DNA of 64,000 nucleotides from Candidatus Uhrbacteria bacterium (GTDB lineage: Bacteria; Patescibacteriota; Patescibacteriia; UBA9934; GWF2-40-263): positions 286,247-350,246 of the forward strand of contig JAHFIQ010000001.1 of the NCBI GenBank assembly GCA_023246355.1. The letters run 5' to 3'. Below are positions 62,487-64,000 of the stretch, piece by piece. The notes under the pieces are model-generated. The model was not told the DNA's origin. It made no database searches and worked only from the letters and a program-made list of their open reading frames with translations. The position numbers were made by a program, and so were the translations under genes. Each line of letters begins with the position of its first letter. Position 1 is the stretch's first letter.

Positions 62487-63146
62487 ATGGCGATTTCTAA
62501 TCCAGGCTTCCTGCTAGATCTTGACGGGCTGCTGATCAATTCTGAGAGTCTATCTGAAATTGCATTTGAGAAGATGTGCAAAAAATTAGGCTGCGAGTTC
62601 ACCCAGGATTATCATGCCAGTATTCGTGGAACGAAAAAGGAGCTATGGTCTGCCGGCCTTGTGAAAGAGTTTAGTTTAGAGGTTAGTTCGCAGGAGGTCG
62701 CTAAGCTTCACGATGCTCTGTTGCTAAGTGAGATGGATCATTCGGTCAATCTAATGCCAGGTGCAATCGAACTACTGGATTGGATCGATTTTAGGGGATA
62801 TCCAAAAGCGCTTGTGACAAGCTCGGATTCGGTTTACGCGAAGCGATATCTTGAAAAGCTCGGTCTTCTAGAGAGATTTATGATCTTCGTCACAAGTGAA
62901 GACGTTAAAAATGGAAAGCCAGATCCCGAGCCCTATCAGATTGGTGCGCAACGGCTGGAACGAGTGCCTAGTAATTGCATTGTCTTTGAGGATTCTGTAA
63001 ACGGAGCGCTATCGGGCAAGTCATCAGGAGCAACGGTTGTAGCAGTGCCTTCAAGTCCATCAGACAAGGAACGTATGTCTGTTGCCGACTATGTGTTATC
63101 TTCATTACTTGAATCCATTTCAGTGCTTGAAAATTTGGGCCTGTAG
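62487..63146 (+). CDS. HAD-IA family hydrolase (beta-phosphoglucomutase-like)
   Basis: Motif I FLLDLDGLLINSE, motif II VTSS, motif III K...GKPDPEPY, motif IV FEDSVNG. Confidence 0.8.
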   Translation: MAISNPGFLLDLDGLLINSESLSEIAFEKMCKKLGCEFTQDYHASIRGTKKELWSAGLVKEFSLEVSSQEVAKLHDALLLSEMDHSVNLMPGAIELLDWIDFRGYPKALVTSSDSVYAKRYLEKLGLLERFMIFVTSEDVKNGKPDPEPYQIGAQRLERVPSNCIVFEDSVNGALSGKSSGATVVAVPSSPSDKERMSVADYVLSSLLESISVLENLGL

Positions 63147-63212
63147 CTCATTTGGTAGAGCGTCGCATTCGCATTGCGAAGGTAAGGGGTTCGATTCCCC
63201 TCAGGTCCACCA
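63137..63212 (+). tRNA. tRNA-Ala (CGC) with G3:U70, CCA encoded; 5' end overlaps the HAD gene stop by 10 nt
   Basis: GGGCCTG TA GCTC ATTTGGTA GAGC G TCGCA TTCGCAT TGCGA AGGTA AGGGG TTCGATT CCCCT CAGGTCC A CCA. Confidence 0.85.
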
Positions 63213-63232
63213 ACAATAATACCCAGGTATCT
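63192..63232 (+). repeat. direct repeat copy 1 (41 nt, includes the last 21 nt of tRNA-Ala) - putative attL
   Basis: cgattcccctcaggtccaccaacaataatacccag(g)tatctg; the stretch identical to 63371-63411 runs 63192-63225 (34/34), then 6/7 matches over 63226-63232. Confidence 0.6.
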
Positions 63233-63246
63233 GGGTATTATTGTTG
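63211..63246. other. 36-nt perfect palindrome CAACAATAATACCCAG-gtat-CTGGGTATTATTGTTG starting in the tRNA-Ala CCA
   Basis: 16 bp perfect stem. Confidence 0.6.
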
Positions 63247-63370
63247 GGGAGAGCACAGGCCATTGAGGCCTGTGCGTGGGGAATCGAACGCCGGAGCCAT
63301 GTCCCGCCACAAGGCGGGACGGCGAGGCGGTGGCCAGACCTCGGCGAGCTGGCGAGCCGAGAGTCGCGGC

Positions 63371-63411
63371 CGATTCCCCTCAGGTCCACCAACAATAATA
63401 CCCAGATATCT
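63371..63411 (+). repeat. direct repeat copy 2 (putative attR), followed by terminator
   Basis: cgattcccctcaggtccaccaacaataatacccag(a)tatctg. The intervening 138 nt (63233-63370) are roughly 70% GC. Confidence 0.6.
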
Positions 63412-63416
63412 GCCCA

Positions 63417-63447
63417 AAATAACTCAGCAACGCTGAGTTATTTTGTT
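63417..63447 (+). terminator. rho-independent terminator (AATAACTCAGC-aac-GCTGAGTTATT + TTTGTTT)
   Basis: 11 bp perfect stem plus T-rich tail. Confidence 0.7.
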
Positions 63448-63521
63448 TCACGTGGAACAAGATCTTTTTTTCGAAAAAAATAGTAGTTTTGACTAATCTA
63501 GCGTGGACAAAATTTGAAAAA

Positions 63522-63530
63522 TGTGGATAA
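63522..63530. promoter_or_regulatory. perfect DnaA box TGTGGATAA upstream of the last gene's promoter
   Basis: Exact 9-mer, about 100 nt upstream of the -35 element. Confidence 0.4.
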
Positions 63531-63628
63531 GTTTTCATTTTCGCCTCATTTTCTTTAAAAGATAGGATTTTCAAAGGCAGATTTCCATTTTATCATAATT
63601 AATTTTGCTAATTTTAGCTAATAAATTG

Positions 63629-63657
63629 ATTGACTACTTTTCGTATTCATGATATAC
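63629..63657 (+). promoter_or_regulatory. near-consensus sigma70 promoter TTGACT-17-TATACT
   Basis: ttgact at 63629-63634, tatact at 63652-63657, and the ATG at 63673 lies 16 nt after the -10. Confidence 0.55.
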
Positions 63658-63672
63658 TACTTTCGTGAAGGT

Positions 63673-64000
63673 ATGACTAAGCATCATCTGCTCATCGCCT
63701 TTGCTCTTGTGGGGATTTTTGTATATCAGAATGTTGCTCTGGCACAAATGTCCTCCTCGAGCTACCTGATCCGGTGGGATTCTGTGAACACCGGTGGTTC
63801 AGATACGGGTAGCTCGTCCAGTTACCAACTGCGCGACACGGTTGAGTCAGTCGTGGCAGGACGTACATCAAGTTCGTCCTACAACTTAGACCAGGGCTAC
63901 CGTGGCGGAGTTTTCGATCAGGTACTCTCCTTTGATGTGCGGGCTCAGAATTATTCCAGCGTCGTTTCAGCAACAGCTCTTTCATCTCTCACCGTGACCG
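63673..64000 (+). CDS. secreted Ser/Gly-rich hypothetical protein, 5' part only (continues beyond window end)
   Basis: MTKHHLLIAFALVGIFVYQNVALAQ signal peptide, then MSSSSYLIRWDSVNTGGSDTGSSSSYQLRDTVESVVAGRTSSSSYNLDQGYRGG with repeated SSSSY..L..G units. No stop before the window end. Confidence 0.5.
   Translation, partial: MTKHHLLIAFALVGIFVYQNVALAQMSSSSYLIRWDSVNTGGSDTGSSSSYQLRDTVESVVAGRTSSSSYNLDQGYRGGVFDQVLSFDVRAQNYSSVVSATALSSLTVT

Noticed and set aside
63271-63370. Possible tRNA on the minus strand inside the GC-rich insert (GTTCGATTC T-loop-like motif)
   Set aside because: Flanking bases do not form a T-stem or an acceptor stem. No cloverleaf could be drawn. It is treated as part of the att-scar insert.
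1-64000. CRISPR arrays
   Set aside because: No run of regularly spaced direct repeats of 24-48 nt was seen anywhere. The only tandem DNA repeats are the coding TSP1-like repeats and the short leader motif.

Overview
This 64 kb window has moderate GC (about 50%) and mostly compact, co-directional housekeeping genes, with several visibly GC-richer inserts. I assigned features by reading the six-frame translations and the DNA directly; nothing was searched or computed.

The core includes the replication origin neighbourhood (dnaN-dnaA with DnaA boxes in the dnaA-dnaN spacer, rpmH-rnpA-yidD), a nifS-nifU Fe-S cluster pair with a ferredoxin and a VIT1/CCC1 transporter, glmS, a PBP1A with a long Ig-like tail, a complete livKHMGF branched-chain amino-acid ABC transporter, trigger factor, membrane H+-PPase, comM, lspA, a dksA-like gene, pnp, rpsO, rpsT, polA, holA, rmuC, an ECF sigma/anti-sigma pair, and five tRNAs (Cys, Arg-TCT, His, Arg-CCT, Ala-CGC). 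The gene content and compactness are compatible with a small-genome bacterium, possibly CPR/Patescibacteria-like, but that is a low-confidence guess.

The accessory and unusual content:
1. A roughly 8 kb GC-rich island (22.5-30.8 kb) sits between tig and hppA. It holds six ORFan proteins centred on a GHKL/MORC-type (HATPase_c_3) ATPase with Ig-like C-terminal repeats. This is my best candidate for an undescribed, possibly defence-related system.
2. A second mosaic accessory region (47.8-55.6 kb) carries a Xer-like tyrosine recombinase, two tRNAs, and very high-GC genes, including a secreted protein at roughly 65% GC behind a near-consensus sigma70 promoter.
3. Mobile-element scars: a tRNA-Cys with a duplicated 3' end next to a RelE/RHH toxin-antitoxin and a truncated IS110 transposase, and a tRNA-Ala whose 3' 41 nt are directly repeated around a 138 nt GC-rich insert.
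4. A 30 nt purine-free motif (CCUACAACCUACUCCCUACAACCUAAAACC on the mRNA) sits 5-8 nt upstream of the start codons of two unrelated genes (tig and a DsbA-like gene), where a Shine-Dalgarno would be.
5. A 600 nt non-coding region with two perfect DnaA boxes lies far from dnaA.
6. An NYN-domain gene is wedged between rpsO and pnp, and a CBM9-like ORF is wedged inside the liv operon.
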